Source: a virus
IMG/VR virus record: IMGVR_UViG_3300020159_002453
Span: 15,879-79,878 of that record
Direction: 5' to 3' (one strand)
Length of the DNA: 64,000 nt
A model generated the notes under the pieces. It had not been told where the DNA came from. It was given only the letters and a program-made list of their open reading frames with translations, and made no database searches. The position numbers were made by a program, and so were the translations under genes. Position 1 is the stretch's first letter; every line of letters begins with the position of its first letter. Shown here piece by piece: positions 29,599 through 39,810 of the stretch.

Positions 29599-29934
29599 TT
29601 AGTTGGCTGTTGGAGTTCCTGTACCAGTACCAGTACCAGTTGTTTGCGCTGGTAGTATACCTTTTTTAAGTTTTTCAATTTCGTTTTGATGATACGCTTG
29701 CATAGCTTTAATTACCTGCTGATCAGCAGTAGCCTTAGCTTTATTGGCTTTATCTGCCATAGCCTGGGCTTGTAAAGCCTTAGGATCTAATTGTTGCTGT
29801 TGACCAGCGACTGGTTGGGTTGGTTGTGCACCCATTGCAGTAGTTGGGGTTGCGCCAGCCGGTGTCGGAAGGGCTTCTTTGAGAGCCTTTAAGAATTTGC
29901 TTTTAGCGTTAACTTTATCGTGTACTGACTCCAT
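29599..29934 (-). CDS. Hypothetical low-complexity late protein
   Basis: 111 aa. TAAATA 7 nt upstream. Confidence 0.7.
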   Translation of the reverse strand: MESVHDKVNAKSKFLKALKEALPTPAGATPTTAMGAQPTQPVAGQQQQLDPKALQAQAMADKANKAKATADQQVIKAMQAYHQNEIEKLKKGILPAQTTGTGTGTGTPTAN

Positions 29935-30158
29935 TTGTGTATATTTACTACGTTACAACAAATTTATAAGGTTAATAGTTGATTTATTTAAATCCGAACT
30001 ATATAATATACAGGGGGGAGAAAGAAATACTCTATACATATTCCCAGGTGAATAAGTATTGTTGTTTTAAGATTCGGGTGTTTCTTTGTAGCCTTTTTAA
30101 TAGGTTCGCTTCGCTCACCTAATATATTATATATATTATATATCTCGCTGGGGATATA

Positions 30159-30620
30159 TCAAATAGGGAAGGTGAGTTTGATTTGATATTTGTCTAGAAA
30201 AGCTTTTACTTTTCGAGCCGTAAACTTGCTAAAGTCGAAATTAAAGCGGTATTCTTTTATCAAAAGGGTCAGCTCATCACAACACCCACTGGTTTGCTCT
30301 AGACAATTAAAATCAAGGGTGTTTGTATAAACTATTACTGGAAACGTTTTGCGTATTTTTTCGAGTACTTTTAAAAACCGGAAACCTATAGAGGTGTTTG
30401 AATTAATATAAAATACAACGTTTTTACGGTTATCACTATCTTTAAAACAATTAATAAGACGACTCAAAGTATGATACAAGTATAATTTGTCAGCATCTTT
30501 GTCTTTAATCTCAAAACCGTATATTTCAACTAAATCGTGAGTGTAGCTTTTTTCAACATCAGCTGCGAACGTTTCAACATCCACCACCGTCAGTCCAAGT
30601 GCTATTTTCTGTACTCTCAT
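30159..30620 (-). CDS. Hypothetical protein
   Basis: 153 aa. Promoter TTGAAC-N16-TATAAT at 30629-30656. Confidence 0.7.
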   Translation of the reverse strand: MRVQKIALGLTVVDVETFAADVEKSYTHDLVEIYGFEIKDKDADKLYLYHTLSRLINCFKDSDNRKNVVFYINSNTSIGFRFLKVLEKIRKTFPVIVYTNTLDFNCLEQTSGCCDELTLLIKEYRFNFDFSKFTARKVKAFLDKYQIKLTFPI

Positions 30621-31074
30621 TATTTTTTATTATAGCTTGTAACTTAGATTGTTCAAATAGTTTCTTTAACAAAGCATCTGGCGCTCTACCGATTCGGCAA
30701 TTAATAATACCGTTATAAAATCCGTCTTTTAAGAGTACATCGTTATCGAACTGTTTTTTAGCTTCATAATAAGCGAGCTCAAACTTACTTTCGCAAAGCC
30801 ACACTATTTCAAACGTAAACTTGTCTTTACCTATAGCCTGGATATCGGCATTTAACTCATTGGAAGAGGACATATAAGTCTTCCAATCGGTTTCAATGTC
30901 AAAATGGCGTTTATTCTTTTTACCTTTTAAAGGTTTAAGCTTTTTAACAGACTTCATCTGCTTTTTGCCAATATACTGTTTACCAGACACAGTATTAGTA
31001 ATAACGTATATAAAACCGTAAGGTAAATTATTTTCGTCTATTGTAAGCTTAGTTATCCAATGACCTAAATCCAT
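30574..31074 (-). CDS. Short GIY-YIG-like nuclease-domain protein
   Basis: GFIYVITN..YIGKK..WKTYMSS..YYEAK..YNGII. Confidence 0.8.
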   Translation of the reverse strand: MDLGHWITKLTIDENNLPYGFIYVITNTVSGKQYIGKKQMKSVKKLKPLKGKKNKRHFDIETDWKTYMSSSNELNADIQAIGKDKFTFEIVWLCESKFELAYYEAKKQFDNDVLLKDGFYNGIINCRIGRAPDALLKKLFEQSKLQAIIKNNESTENSTWTDGGGC

Positions 31075-31086
31075 TAACCCTACTTA

Positions 31087-31326
31087 TTACATTCCTGGAA
31101 ATGTTCTACGGATTACCTTACCCTTTTTAAAACCGGGCGGTTTAAACTTTGTTTTTTTCTTCTTAGACGTTCCAAACAAATTACGGCTATCACCTGGTGC
31201 ATAAAAATCTCCACTTTTACCAATTTGGTCGGAATGAGCCTGCCCTGGACCAAAAGCTGCTGAGGTAGTATTGGCCCCGCCCATGTCTTCAAGTAGCTGG
31301 TAGTATTTTTTATTAAACAATTTCAC
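31087..31326 (-). CDS. Hypothetical small late protein
   Basis: 79 aa, DFYAPGDSR motif. Confidence 0.65.
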   Translation of the reverse strand: MKLFNKKYYQLLEDMGGANTTSAAFGPGQAHSDQIGKSGDFYAPGDSRNLFGTSKKKKTKFKPPGFKKGKVIRRTFPGM

Positions 31327-31368
31327 GTTGATAATTATATATTATACATTATACTTATCAGGTTAGCT

Positions 31369-31770
31369 ATGGAATTACCCGATATAGACAATATAATGAA
31401 AATTTATCAGGCAGAACTACTGTCTGATCTTAAAGTTGATGAGTTATCCCTGAAGGATAAAGCCATGCTAGTACCTACCCTAAAGCATAAGTGGGTAGCA
31501 CGTACTATGACTTGGAAGAGTAAAATTAAAAGACTTAATGATGCTAAAAAGAAAGCTATGAAAGAGTTTGCTGAAAAGCACTCGGTAGCATTGAGTAAAT
31601 CTCTTATGGAGCAAGCCGCATTAAGTGACCCTCGTATTGGTCAAATACATGAAACTATAGACCAAATTGAACTCCTTATTGAGTATCTAGAAAAGATTGA
31701 AAAATTAACCGGTACATTGACCTGGGACTGCAAGAACCTTATAGACTTACAACGTCTTGAAACAACCTGA
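31369..31770 (+). CDS. uvsY: UvsY recombination mediator
   Basis: DLKVDELSL, PTLKHKW, helical, W..KNLID end. Coupled to uvsW. Confidence 0.8.
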   Translation: MELPDIDNIMKIYQAELLSDLKVDELSLKDKAMLVPTLKHKWVARTMTWKSKIKRLNDAKKKAMKEFAEKHSVALSKSLMEQAALSDPRIGQIHETIDQIELLIEYLEKIEKLTGTLTWDCKNLIDLQRLETT

Positions 31771-33221
31771 TGAGAGTAGAGTTTCAATACGAACCTAAAA
31801 AGAAAGAAGTAAAGATTGTTTCTGATTATCTCAGTAACATTAAGGAACGATTCTCTGTAAAGAATCCAGGGGCTAGATTTAACAAATATGCTCGGTTTAT
31901 GCCTCAGCGTATGTATGCAATTACCCCCACCGGTTATTGCGGTATAGGTCTTGTACCAGAAATTATAAAATATCTTAACGGGCTTGATATACCTTTTGAA
32001 ATTGTATTAAATGCAGAATTTGAACAGTTAATTAAAGAATTACAATTTAATACCACCGTCACAGATGCATTACAGAGCGGGGTATATCAGTTAAGAGATT
32101 ATCAACAAGAAGCTATCACTAAAGCTTTAAGCCGAGGGTACGGTATAATTGAATTGGCTACGGGTGGTGGAAAGACTTTTATTATAGCTAATTTAATTTA
32201 CACTATAATGCAAATTATAGATAAAAAAGAAAGAGTATTAATTGTAGTGCCTGATATCGGCTTGGTTGAACAAACGTATAAAGATTTTGTAAGTTACAAT
32301 TTTCCGATGGAAAAGGTAACCAAGTGGTCAGGTAATAACGAAATTAATACCGATGCACAGGTTATTATTGCCAACATGGGCATTTTACAGAGTGAAAAAT
32401 CTGACTTAAGCTGGTTTAAAGAAGTAGGCTTGTTAATTATAGATGAGTGTCATAAGCTCCGTAGAGGTAATAAAGTTAATAAGCTAATTGATAAGATACC
32501 AACCTTGAGACGGTTCGGCTTTACTGGTACTTTACCGGAAAGTGACATTGATATATGGAACATTAATAATTTTATTGGACCGGTAATTTTTAAAAAGACT
32601 ACTACCGATCTCAGAGAAGCAGCAGGTGGAGAGTATATTGCAAATGCCCAGGCTTTAGCAATACATGTCGAATACGGGTTTAAACCTGATTATACTGCTG
32701 TATCAGCCGCGCAACGATATTTAACCGAGTTAGATTTTATTCATAACAATAACTTTAGAAGTAAGGTTATTAAAAATATAGTTAACCGTTTAAACAACAA
32801 CGTACTTATACTTGTTGATCATATTGCACACGGAACTAATATGTACGATTCCCTCAAAGGTATTGAGGGTAAGCAAGTCTACTTCATACAGGGCAGTGTT
32901 GAAATTGAAGAGCGTCGTAGTATCCAGGCTTTAATGGAAAGAGACAACAATGTTGTATGTATTGCAATAAGTAAGATTTTCTCCACTGGCATTTCTATAA
33001 AAAACATACATTATATCGTGTTTGCAGCTGGAGGTAAATCTAAGATCAAAACGTTACAATCGATTGGTCGTGGTTTACGCACCCACGAAAATAAGGATGT
33101 ATTAACGATTATTGATATTGTTGATGAACTAATTTATGGCAGCAAACATTTTGATAAACGTAAAGAATTCTATGACCTTGAAAAAATTAAAATTCAAAAT
33201 AAAACCATCACCGAAGCTTAA
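31770..33221 (+). CDS. uvsW: UvsW DNA helicase
   Basis: LRDYQ, ATGGGKT, DECH, GFTGTLP, FSTGISI, LQSIGRGLR. Confidence 0.96.
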   Translation: MRVEFQYEPKKKEVKIVSDYLSNIKERFSVKNPGARFNKYARFMPQRMYAITPTGYCGIGLVPEIIKYLNGLDIPFEIVLNAEFEQLIKELQFNTTVTDALQSGVYQLRDYQQEAITKALSRGYGIIELATGGGKTFIIANLIYTIMQIIDKKERVLIVVPDIGLVEQTYKDFVSYNFPMEKVTKWSGNNEINTDAQVIIANMGILQSEKSDLSWFKEVGLLIIDECHKLRRGNKVNKLIDKIPTLRRFGFTGTLPESDIDIWNINNFIGPVIFKKTTTDLREAAGGEYIANAQALAIHVEYGFKPDYTAVSAAQRYLTELDFIHNNNFRSKVIKNIVNRLNNNVLILVDHIAHGTNMYDSLKGIEGKQVYFIQGSVEIEERRSIQALMERDNNVVCIAISKIFSTGISIKNIHYIVFAAGGKSKIKTLQSIGRGLRTHENKDVLTIIDIVDELIYGSKHFDKRKEFYDLEKIKIQNKTITEA

Positions 33222-33687
33222 AGTAGAAAAAATTAAGCCTGTCAAGGTAAAAAAAGAGCTTAGCCCGTCCGCTAAAGCTAAAAAGATCTATTATGTAAGC
33301 CCTAAAGACTTTACAGACGAGCTGAGAAAGTATTATGAATCAGATATTATTACTAATGAACTCGCATTAATGATTAAAAACATCGCATACGGATTAGCAC
33401 ATGCGTCTAATTTTATTAATTACACTTTCAAGGAAGATGCTATTGGGGATTCGTTAATTAATATGTTTAATGCACTTAAGCAAAAGAAATATAACTTTAA
33501 CAAAGGCAGTAACCCGTTTTCGTATTTTAACTCTATTTCATTTAACTGCTGGCGTAGCCGTATTAAAAAAGAGAAACGTATGAGAGATACACTTGCAGCG
33601 TATCAAGAAGAGGTTTATAGTATTGTAGGGCCCGATATTGGAGTCGATAACCCAGTAAATCCAGCCAAGCGTAATGAAAATCTTTAA
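33136..33687 (+). CDS. gp55: Late transcription sigma factor gp55
   Basis: YYVSPKDF, NFINYTFKEDAIGD, NPFSYFNSI..RIKKEK. The true start is probably a downstream ATG. Confidence 0.9.
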   Translation: MAANILINVKNSMTLKKLKFKIKPSPKLKVEKIKPVKVKKELSPSAKAKKIYYVSPKDFTDELRKYYESDIITNELALMIKNIAYGLAHASNFINYTFKEDAIGDSLINMFNALKQKKYNFNKGSNPFSYFNSISFNCWRSRIKKEKRMRDTLAAYQEEVYSIVGPDIGVDNPVNPAKRNENL

Positions 33688-34726
33688 CTCAGAAGTCGGT
33701 ATTTTTTCCGATCCACACTACGGTGTACATCGCAATAGTCCGATGTGGCACAAAATTGCTCTGGACCACGCTAAGTGGGCAGCTGAGCAATTTAATCTTA
33801 AAGGTATCAAAGACATTATTATACCTGGAGATATTTTTCACGACCGTAATGATATCGCGGTTAATACACTCCATATTGTTACCGATATTTTTGATATTCT
33901 TAAAAACTTCAACATTATTATTACTGTCGGTAATCACGATGCTTTTTACCGGGACAATTCTACCGTCAATTCTGTTTCTATTTTGCGTGGCTGGTCTAAT
34001 ATTACTGTTGTTGATACTCTCACTATACTGGAAACCCACGGTAAAAAAATAGCTTTATGCCCTTGGGGGCAAGATATTAACGAGGTACCCTCGTGTGATC
34101 TTATTGTGGGTCATTTTGAAATTAATAGTTTTAAAATGAACTCGTATAAGGTATGTACGAATGGTCTTAAATCTACTGACCTTACCAGTCGTGCTAAGTT
34201 AACTATTTCCGGTCACTTCCATCATAAAGAAGAACGCAAATACAAAGATGGTACTATTATGTATGTAGGTTGCCCATACCAGCAAGATTGGGGCGACTAT
34301 GAAACAACTAAAGGTCTTTATATCTTAGATTTAGACACCTTAAAATATGAATTCATTGAAAATAACATATCCCCGCAATACAACAAGATTAGATATTCTG
34401 AAATTGCGAACGGTACACTTAATGCTGAAAAGTTAAAGAAAATTATACCAGGTAATATTATTAAGCTTTACATTGATAAAAAGCTTGAGCCGGATGCAGT
34501 AGATGTACTTGTAAGAAAGCTTGTGTCAGTTAAACCTGTAGAGTTTACTATTGAGTATGATTTTGTAGATACTGTTAACGTAGATAATGAAGCCGCTAAT
34601 AAAAAAGACTTCACAGTAAGCGTAGAAACTTCAATTAATGAATTTATTGATTTATTGGATATTAAGCATAAAGATAAGGTGAAAGAGTATGTTATTGAGT
34701 TATATAATAAATCTAATAAAACATGA
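33674..34726 (+). CDS. gp47: Recombination nuclease gp47 (Mre11/SbcD-like)
   Basis: FSDPHYG, GDIFHDR, VGNHD, GHFEI, SGHFH. Confidence 0.95.
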   Translation: MKIFNSEVGIFSDPHYGVHRNSPMWHKIALDHAKWAAEQFNLKGIKDIIIPGDIFHDRNDIAVNTLHIVTDIFDILKNFNIIITVGNHDAFYRDNSTVNSVSILRGWSNITVVDTLTILETHGKKIALCPWGQDINEVPSCDLIVGHFEINSFKMNSYKVCTNGLKSTDLTSRAKLTISGHFHHKEERKYKDGTIMYVGCPYQQDWGDYETTKGLYILDLDTLKYEFIENNISPQYNKIRYSEIANGTLNAEKLKKIIPGNIIKLYIDKKLEPDAVDVLVRKLVSVKPVEFTIEYDFVDTVNVDNEAANKKDFTVSVETSINEFIDLLDIKHKDKVKEYVIELYNKSNKT

Positions 34727-35556
34727 AAATAGGAGTAGCAATTATTGCCTGCGATAGATTGGAATACACCAAAAAGTGTGTTGAAAGTGTTATTGCAAAT
34801 AAAGGACCAGTCACTGACATAATATTAGTCAATGACGGGGTTAAAATACCTGAGGGGGTATTGCCTACTGAAGTAATGGTAATGGAGAATCGCCCCCCTT
34901 ACCAGTCAGTCGGGGTTGCTAAGAACAACGCTCTAAGAACTCTTTCAAATTGGAATTGTGACCATATGTTTTTAATTGAAAACGATATTATGGTTAAATC
35001 CTCTAATGTGTGGCAGAAGTATATTGATACTGCTAATGCTACCGGTATTACTCATTTAAATTTCGGTTATCACGGGCCTGCTAATCGCACCCCCGACTAT
35101 ACTAAACCTAACCCGCGAACAATTGTAGAATACCCTGTAACTGTAAAAACCGCTTTTCAGACAATTGAATCAGTGAAGGTAGCACTGAACATGCATAGTG
35201 TTGGTGCTTTTTCTTATTATAGTCCTTTGTTTGTTAAGACTGTTGGCTTACACGATGAATACTTTAAGAATGCCTGGGAACATGTTGAATTATGTCAAAG
35301 AGCTGTTAAGCTTGGAATGCTACCGGCATTTTGGTGGTTTCCAGATGTAGAAGGTAGCGATAGCCTGTTACAAGAAGTAGAAGGCTCGATTAAAAACAGT
35401 TCTATTACACATACTGAAAAATGGATTAACAATATGAGAAAAGGGGCCGCTCATTATAAGAAGCTACATGGTTGGGAACCTATTCACACTCCAGATACCC
35501 CACCTAAAGAAGTATTCGATAGACTAAAGACGATTTACAGCAAATACAAAAAGTGA
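34723..35556 (+). CDS. GT2-like glycosyltransferase
   Basis: ILVNDG, VGVAKN, FLIENDI, WEHVE. Confidence 0.8.
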   Translation: MKIGVAIIACDRLEYTKKCVESVIANKGPVTDIILVNDGVKIPEGVLPTEVMVMENRPPYQSVGVAKNNALRTLSNWNCDHMFLIENDIMVKSSNVWQKYIDTANATGITHLNFGYHGPANRTPDYTKPNPRTIVEYPVTVKTAFQTIESVKVALNMHSVGAFSYYSPLFVKTVGLHDEYFKNAWEHVELCQRAVKLGMLPAFWWFPDVEGSDSLLQEVEGSIKNSSITHTEKWINNMRKGAAHYKKLHGWEPIHTPDTPPKEVFDRLKTIYSKYKK

Positions 35557-36368
35557 AAAACCTATATTTAAAAGATAGTTCTTTCGGTCACTGCATTTAT
35601 AGTAACAACCCTACCCCGGCTGTAACATTTAGTAAGCATATAAATTGGGTTAGAGATGGTAAAGGTAAACTTGAAGATACTGTATATACTGATATGCACT
35701 TACAGGAGTGTGAAGGAGGTATCGGTTGGTTGCTTGAACCTCAAGGCATTTACCCACAAGCATATCAATATGTAATGCAGAATGCACATAAGTTTAAAGA
35801 GATCTGGACTCATGATGCATCAATGCTGTATTTGCCTAATGCTAAGTTAGTGCCTATTGGCGGGTGTTGGATAGAGAAACAAGATTACGGGATACATAAA
35901 AAGAGTAAAATGTTTTCTATAATTGCTTCATGGAAGCGAGCTTTGCCTGGCCATAAGTTAAGACACACTATTATTAGTCTAGCGGGTAAACATATTGATG
36001 CTTACGGGCCTGAGTATATACAATTTAAAAAGCACTCAATGAACAAGATTGAAGGTCTAAAAGACTATAGATATCATTTTGTTATTGAGAACTGCAAGAG
36101 AGACTTTTATTTTAGCGAAAAGCTAATTGATAGTCTTATGACTGGTACAATGCCTATATACTGGGGCTGTCCATCTATTGGAAAATACTTTAATACTGAC
36201 GGTTTTATTATATTTGATACACTTGAGGAGTTGAAAGAAAAGCTTAAGCTTTGTACCCCGGAGTATTATGACAGCAAAAAAGAAGCTATTATAGACAACT
36301 TCCAGAGAGCACAGAATTATTTGCTAGCTGAGGATTGGATGGTAGAGAACGGAGTTATTAAACTCTAG
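35553..36368 (+). CDS. GT10 (alpha-1,3-fucosyltransferase-like) glycosyltransferase
   Basis: YRYHFVIEN..YFSEKLID..PIYWG GT10 signature. Confidence 0.88.
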   Translation: MKNLYLKDSSFGHCIYSNNPTPAVTFSKHINWVRDGKGKLEDTVYTDMHLQECEGGIGWLLEPQGIYPQAYQYVMQNAHKFKEIWTHDASMLYLPNAKLVPIGGCWIEKQDYGIHKKSKMFSIIASWKRALPGHKLRHTIISLAGKHIDAYGPEYIQFKKHSMNKIEGLKDYRYHFVIENCKRDFYFSEKLIDSLMTGTMPIYWGCPSIGKYFNTDGFIIFDTLEELKEKLKLCTPEYYDSKKEAIIDNFQRAQNYLLAEDWMVENGVIKL

Positions 36369-37167
36369 TCCAGCTTTCTGGTATTAAGTCAGCCGTGCTC
36401 CAATCTTTATACATTGGACCAAACCAATTTTTCGGCGCAATTACTACCTTTTCAGGATTAGTGTTAAACCAAGCTGACCACCAGCTAAAGGTACTGTTTG
36501 CTATAATGTTGTTTTTACAGCTACTCATTGCATGCATATCAGCAAACGGGTTTTTACTGTTTGAGTACTTAACTTTTTTGTTAACACCAAATGCTTCTTT
36601 GCACCATGCAATATCATCTGAAAACACTAAATAATTTTTACTTGGTACTAACTTAGTAGCATTAAAATAGTATTCCGGAGTCATTAGGGGGTGCCAAGCT
36701 TGCTTTTTTACATAATCTCCACGTCTTACATGTATAGAGGTAGTCTCTTCTGGATCAATACCAGCTTCAATAAAAATCTCATCCGACAAAGCTACAATAG
36801 TTTCTTTAAACTGTAAATGCTCAAGTATGTACTCTCTATTATGGTTAAAGTACTTTTCACTTTGAAAATAACCAGTTAAATCAGTGTTATCCGATATGTT
36901 AAACACATCTTTAGTAAAATGAAATGCGGGGTCCTGGTATTGATTAGTAACACCATCTGACTCTTCTTTAGTAATGTAAGGAGCCTTTACGTTAAATCCC
37001 TGGGACAAGTTGAAATTCATAGCCTGACAGTAGTTATCATAATGTGTCGGGTTATTAGGGATTTTAACAGTATATCCGTTGTCTTTACCTACGGACAATA
37101 GAGTGGAGTACTGAAATAGAGCATTACCCACATTACCATTACGACCTAGCAGTTTATATGTAATCAT
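36358..37167 (-). CDS. GT11 (alpha-1,2-fucosyltransferase-like) glycosyltransferase
   Basis: GNALFQY, GYFQSEKYF, SIHVRRGDY, FSDDIAWC, IIANSTFSWW. Confidence 0.92.
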   Translation of the reverse strand: MITYKLLGRNGNVGNALFQYSTLLSVGKDNGYTVKIPNNPTHYDNYCQAMNFNLSQGFNVKAPYITKEESDGVTNQYQDPAFHFTKDVFNISDNTDLTGYFQSEKYFNHNREYILEHLQFKETIVALSDEIFIEAGIDPEETTSIHVRRGDYVKKQAWHPLMTPEYYFNATKLVPSKNYLVFSDDIAWCKEAFGVNKKVKYSNSKNPFADMHAMSSCKNNIIANSTFSWWSAWFNTNPEKVVIAPKNWFGPMYKDWSTADLIPESWTRV

Positions 37168-37913
37168 TTCCAGTTCCAGCCTTCGACCTCTTTAAGCAGC
37201 TGCTCGTTAGATAGTTCTCCTATACGATGTAACTCTAAGCGATTGGATTCTAAATGAGGATTGTGATTGTAAGAAGCCTCAAGTCTTACATGATTTAAAT
37301 GGTAAAGGGGTCCACTAATACGCGCGAATTCACATCCAAGCTTTTTAAAACGGAAGAATATTTCGTTATCTTCATACCCTAAACCTTTAAAGTTTTCATT
37401 AGCCCCTCCACATTTCCAGAAAGTATTTGTGTCAAAGAATACTGCACCCCCCACTGATCCAGTATGAAAGCAGGTACACTCATTAAGATCTACCATTCCT
37501 GTGTTTTTTGCTTTTTTAATAAGACTATGATACTTTTTAGGTACATCATAAAAATGTCCATCAAACGGGTATACAACCGTAGCTTTACCACTCAAAATTA
37601 CCTCTGTAGCTTTTTTAATTTGATTTGGAGTTAATAAGATATCAGCATCATAGTGGGCTACAACCGGGGTATCAGCAGCTTTTGCAGCTAAGTTTACCCC
37701 GCGTTGTCTGTTAAAAAACTCATTTGTCTCTTTAAAAATATACTTGCAATTATAACGATCTTTAAGTTTAGGGATAGTATCCTGTTCACATATTACAATA
37801 TTGGTGTTTAAGTTGCTTTGGAGGAAATCCATAGTTATGTCCAAGTTGTTTAAACGATCCTGACTATCAACCTTTAAAGCTATCAAAATGGTTAGGTCTT
37901 TTAAATCTATCAT
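37164..37913 (-). CDS. GT7/GT2-like (galactosyltransferase-like) glycosyltransferase
   Basis: FNRQRGVN, YDAD, GGANENFKGLGYEDNE, LYHLNH. Confidence 0.85.
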   Translation of the reverse strand: MIDLKDLTILIALKVDSQDRLNNLDITMDFLQSNLNTNIVICEQDTIPKLKDRYNCKYIFKETNEFFNRQRGVNLAAKAADTPVVAHYDADILLTPNQIKKATEVILSGKATVVYPFDGHFYDVPKKYHSLIKKAKNTGMVDLNECTCFHTGSVGGAVFFDTNTFWKCGGANENFKGLGYEDNEIFFRFKKLGCEFARISGPLYHLNHVRLEASYNHNPHLESNRLELHRIGELSNEQLLKEVEGWNWK

Positions 37914-37986
37914 AATAAATTCTACTTACTTTGATTTTAATTTTTATCTCGTAGATTAAATTGGATACTCATATAGAATTACAATA

Positions 37987-39810
37987 ATGCGTTACATCCA
38001 TTTTAAGCGGGTTAGTATTGTTAACTTTTTATCGGTAGGCAAGAAAGCTGTTGAGATTAATTTTAAACCAGGTCTTAACATTATCACAGGTAAAAACTAT
38101 GATAAGGCAGACCGTGCAAACGGCGTGGGTAAATCTACTATCGCAGATGCAGTGCATTTTGCTCTTTACGGTAGTACCATTCGAGATGTTAAGAAAGAAA
38201 ATATTGTTAACGACCAAGCACCAGACAGTCTGTGTGAAGTAGAGCTAGAGTTTAATTTTGTACTAAACGACCGCACAAGCGAGTGTAAGATTATTCGTAC
38301 TCTTAATCCTACTAAGTGCTTATTTTTTATTAACGGAGAAGATGTAACCCGCTCTGGGGTACCTCAAACAACCGAATTTATTACAGAGACTATTAAGACT
38401 TCATCTGAAGTGTTTCAGAATAGTGTGGTAATGACAATTAATAATACTATACCGTTTATGGCTCAAAAGAAGGTCGAAAAACGCAAATTTATTGAAGGCA
38501 TTCTTGGGCTAGAAGTCTTTGGGGATATGTTGCTGTTAGCTCGTTCTCAATTTAACGAATCTAAACGCAATCTTGATATTGAATCCACCAAGCACGATGA
38601 GACTGCTCGTTCTTTAATCGAAGCTACCAAGCAAAGAGATAATTATGAGGTTTCTAAAAAAACTCGTCTTGACTCTCTTTTACAACGTCAAAGCAACAAC
38701 ACACAAGAATTAGCGATTTTAAATCAAAAGATCGGTAAACTTGAGTCTGTTGATACAGAAGCTCAAAACAAAATTGAAGAGGATTTAAAGGTACTTAAAG
38801 AAGCAGAAAGAGCTCACTCTAAGAAGACCGATGCTATTGTTAAACTTATTACTGAAGCCCAAGCCCATGTTAAGTTTAACACTGACCGTATTAAAAAGCT
38901 CAAAAAGGTTGATAGTAAGTGTCTGCATTGCGGTAAAGATCTTGCAGAGGCCGCTAACACTCAGTACGAAAAAGATAAAGATGAATGTGGAAAAGAGGTG
39001 TTTAAGTATACAGAAGTGCTTAATAGAGAAAATCCTCGTTTAGCTGAAGCGCGTAAAAATGTAGAAAAACTAGAAAAGTCTATCCCTGATTTGGAACGCA
39101 AATTACACGAGTTTGCACTCCGCAAAAAGGAAGTAGAAAGTCTTAACTCTCGGGTTCTTCAAATAGAAAGCTGGCAGCAATCTCTTTTGTCTGATATCGA
39201 AGAGATTAACAAAGACTCTAACAATTTTCAAGAAATTATTGACAAAGTGTTAGAACGTCAAAAGTCAATTAAAGACGGTATTGAAGCATTACAGGTACGT
39301 CTCGATATTATCGAGAGTGCAAAGTTTATTACCTCTGAAGAAGGGGTTAAATCGTTTATTGTTAAGAAGATTATACAAGTACTCAATACAAGACTTGAAC
39401 ATTATTTACGTAGACTGGAAGGTAATAGTATAGTTAAATTTAATGAGTTTTTTGAAGAAACTATTACCAATGAACGTGGTAAAGAGTGTAGCTATTTTAA
39501 CTTCTCCGGGGCGGAGCGTAAATCTATAGATCTTGCAATGTTATTTACCTTTCAAGATATTCGCCGCGCACAAGCAGATGTTTCTATTAACTTGAGCATG
39601 TTTGATGAGTTGTTCGATTCATCTTTAGACGATAAAGGTATTGAGTTAGTACTTGATATTCTTAAAGAAAGGGTAGATATGTATAATGAAGCAATTTATA
39701 TTATTTCTCATCGTAATGAGAGTAAGAAGTATTGCAGCGGTGGAGAAATTATCTACCTCGAAAAGAAAAACGGTATAACAACCAGAACAACTAATTATGA
39801 CATTTCCTAA
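37987..39810 (+). CDS. gp46: Recombination ATPase gp46 (Rad50/SbcC-like)
   Basis: NFLSVG, NGVGKST, CLHCG Zn hook, FSGAE, FDELFDSSLD, ISH. Confidence 0.96.
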   Translation: MRYIHFKRVSIVNFLSVGKKAVEINFKPGLNIITGKNYDKADRANGVGKSTIADAVHFALYGSTIRDVKKENIVNDQAPDSLCEVELEFNFVLNDRTSECKIIRTLNPTKCLFFINGEDVTRSGVPQTTEFITETIKTSSEVFQNSVVMTINNTIPFMAQKKVEKRKFIEGILGLEVFGDMLLLARSQFNESKRNLDIESTKHDETARSLIEATKQRDNYEVSKKTRLDSLLQRQSNNTQELAILNQKIGKLESVDTEAQNKIEEDLKVLKEAERAHSKKTDAIVKLITEAQAHVKFNTDRIKKLKKVDSKCLHCGKDLAEAANTQYEKDKDECGKEVFKYTEVLNRENPRLAEARKNVEKLEKSIPDLERKLHEFALRKKEVESLNSRVLQIESWQQSLLSDIEEINKDSNNFQEIIDKVLERQKSIKDGIEALQVRLDIIESAKFITSEEGVKSFIVKKIIQVLNTRLEHYLRRLEGNSIVKFNEFFEETITNERGKECSYFNFSGAERKSIDLAMLFTFQDIRRAQADVSINLSMFDELFDSSLDDKGIELVLDILKERVDMYNEAIYIISHRNESKKYCSGGEIIYLEKKNGITTRTTNYDIS

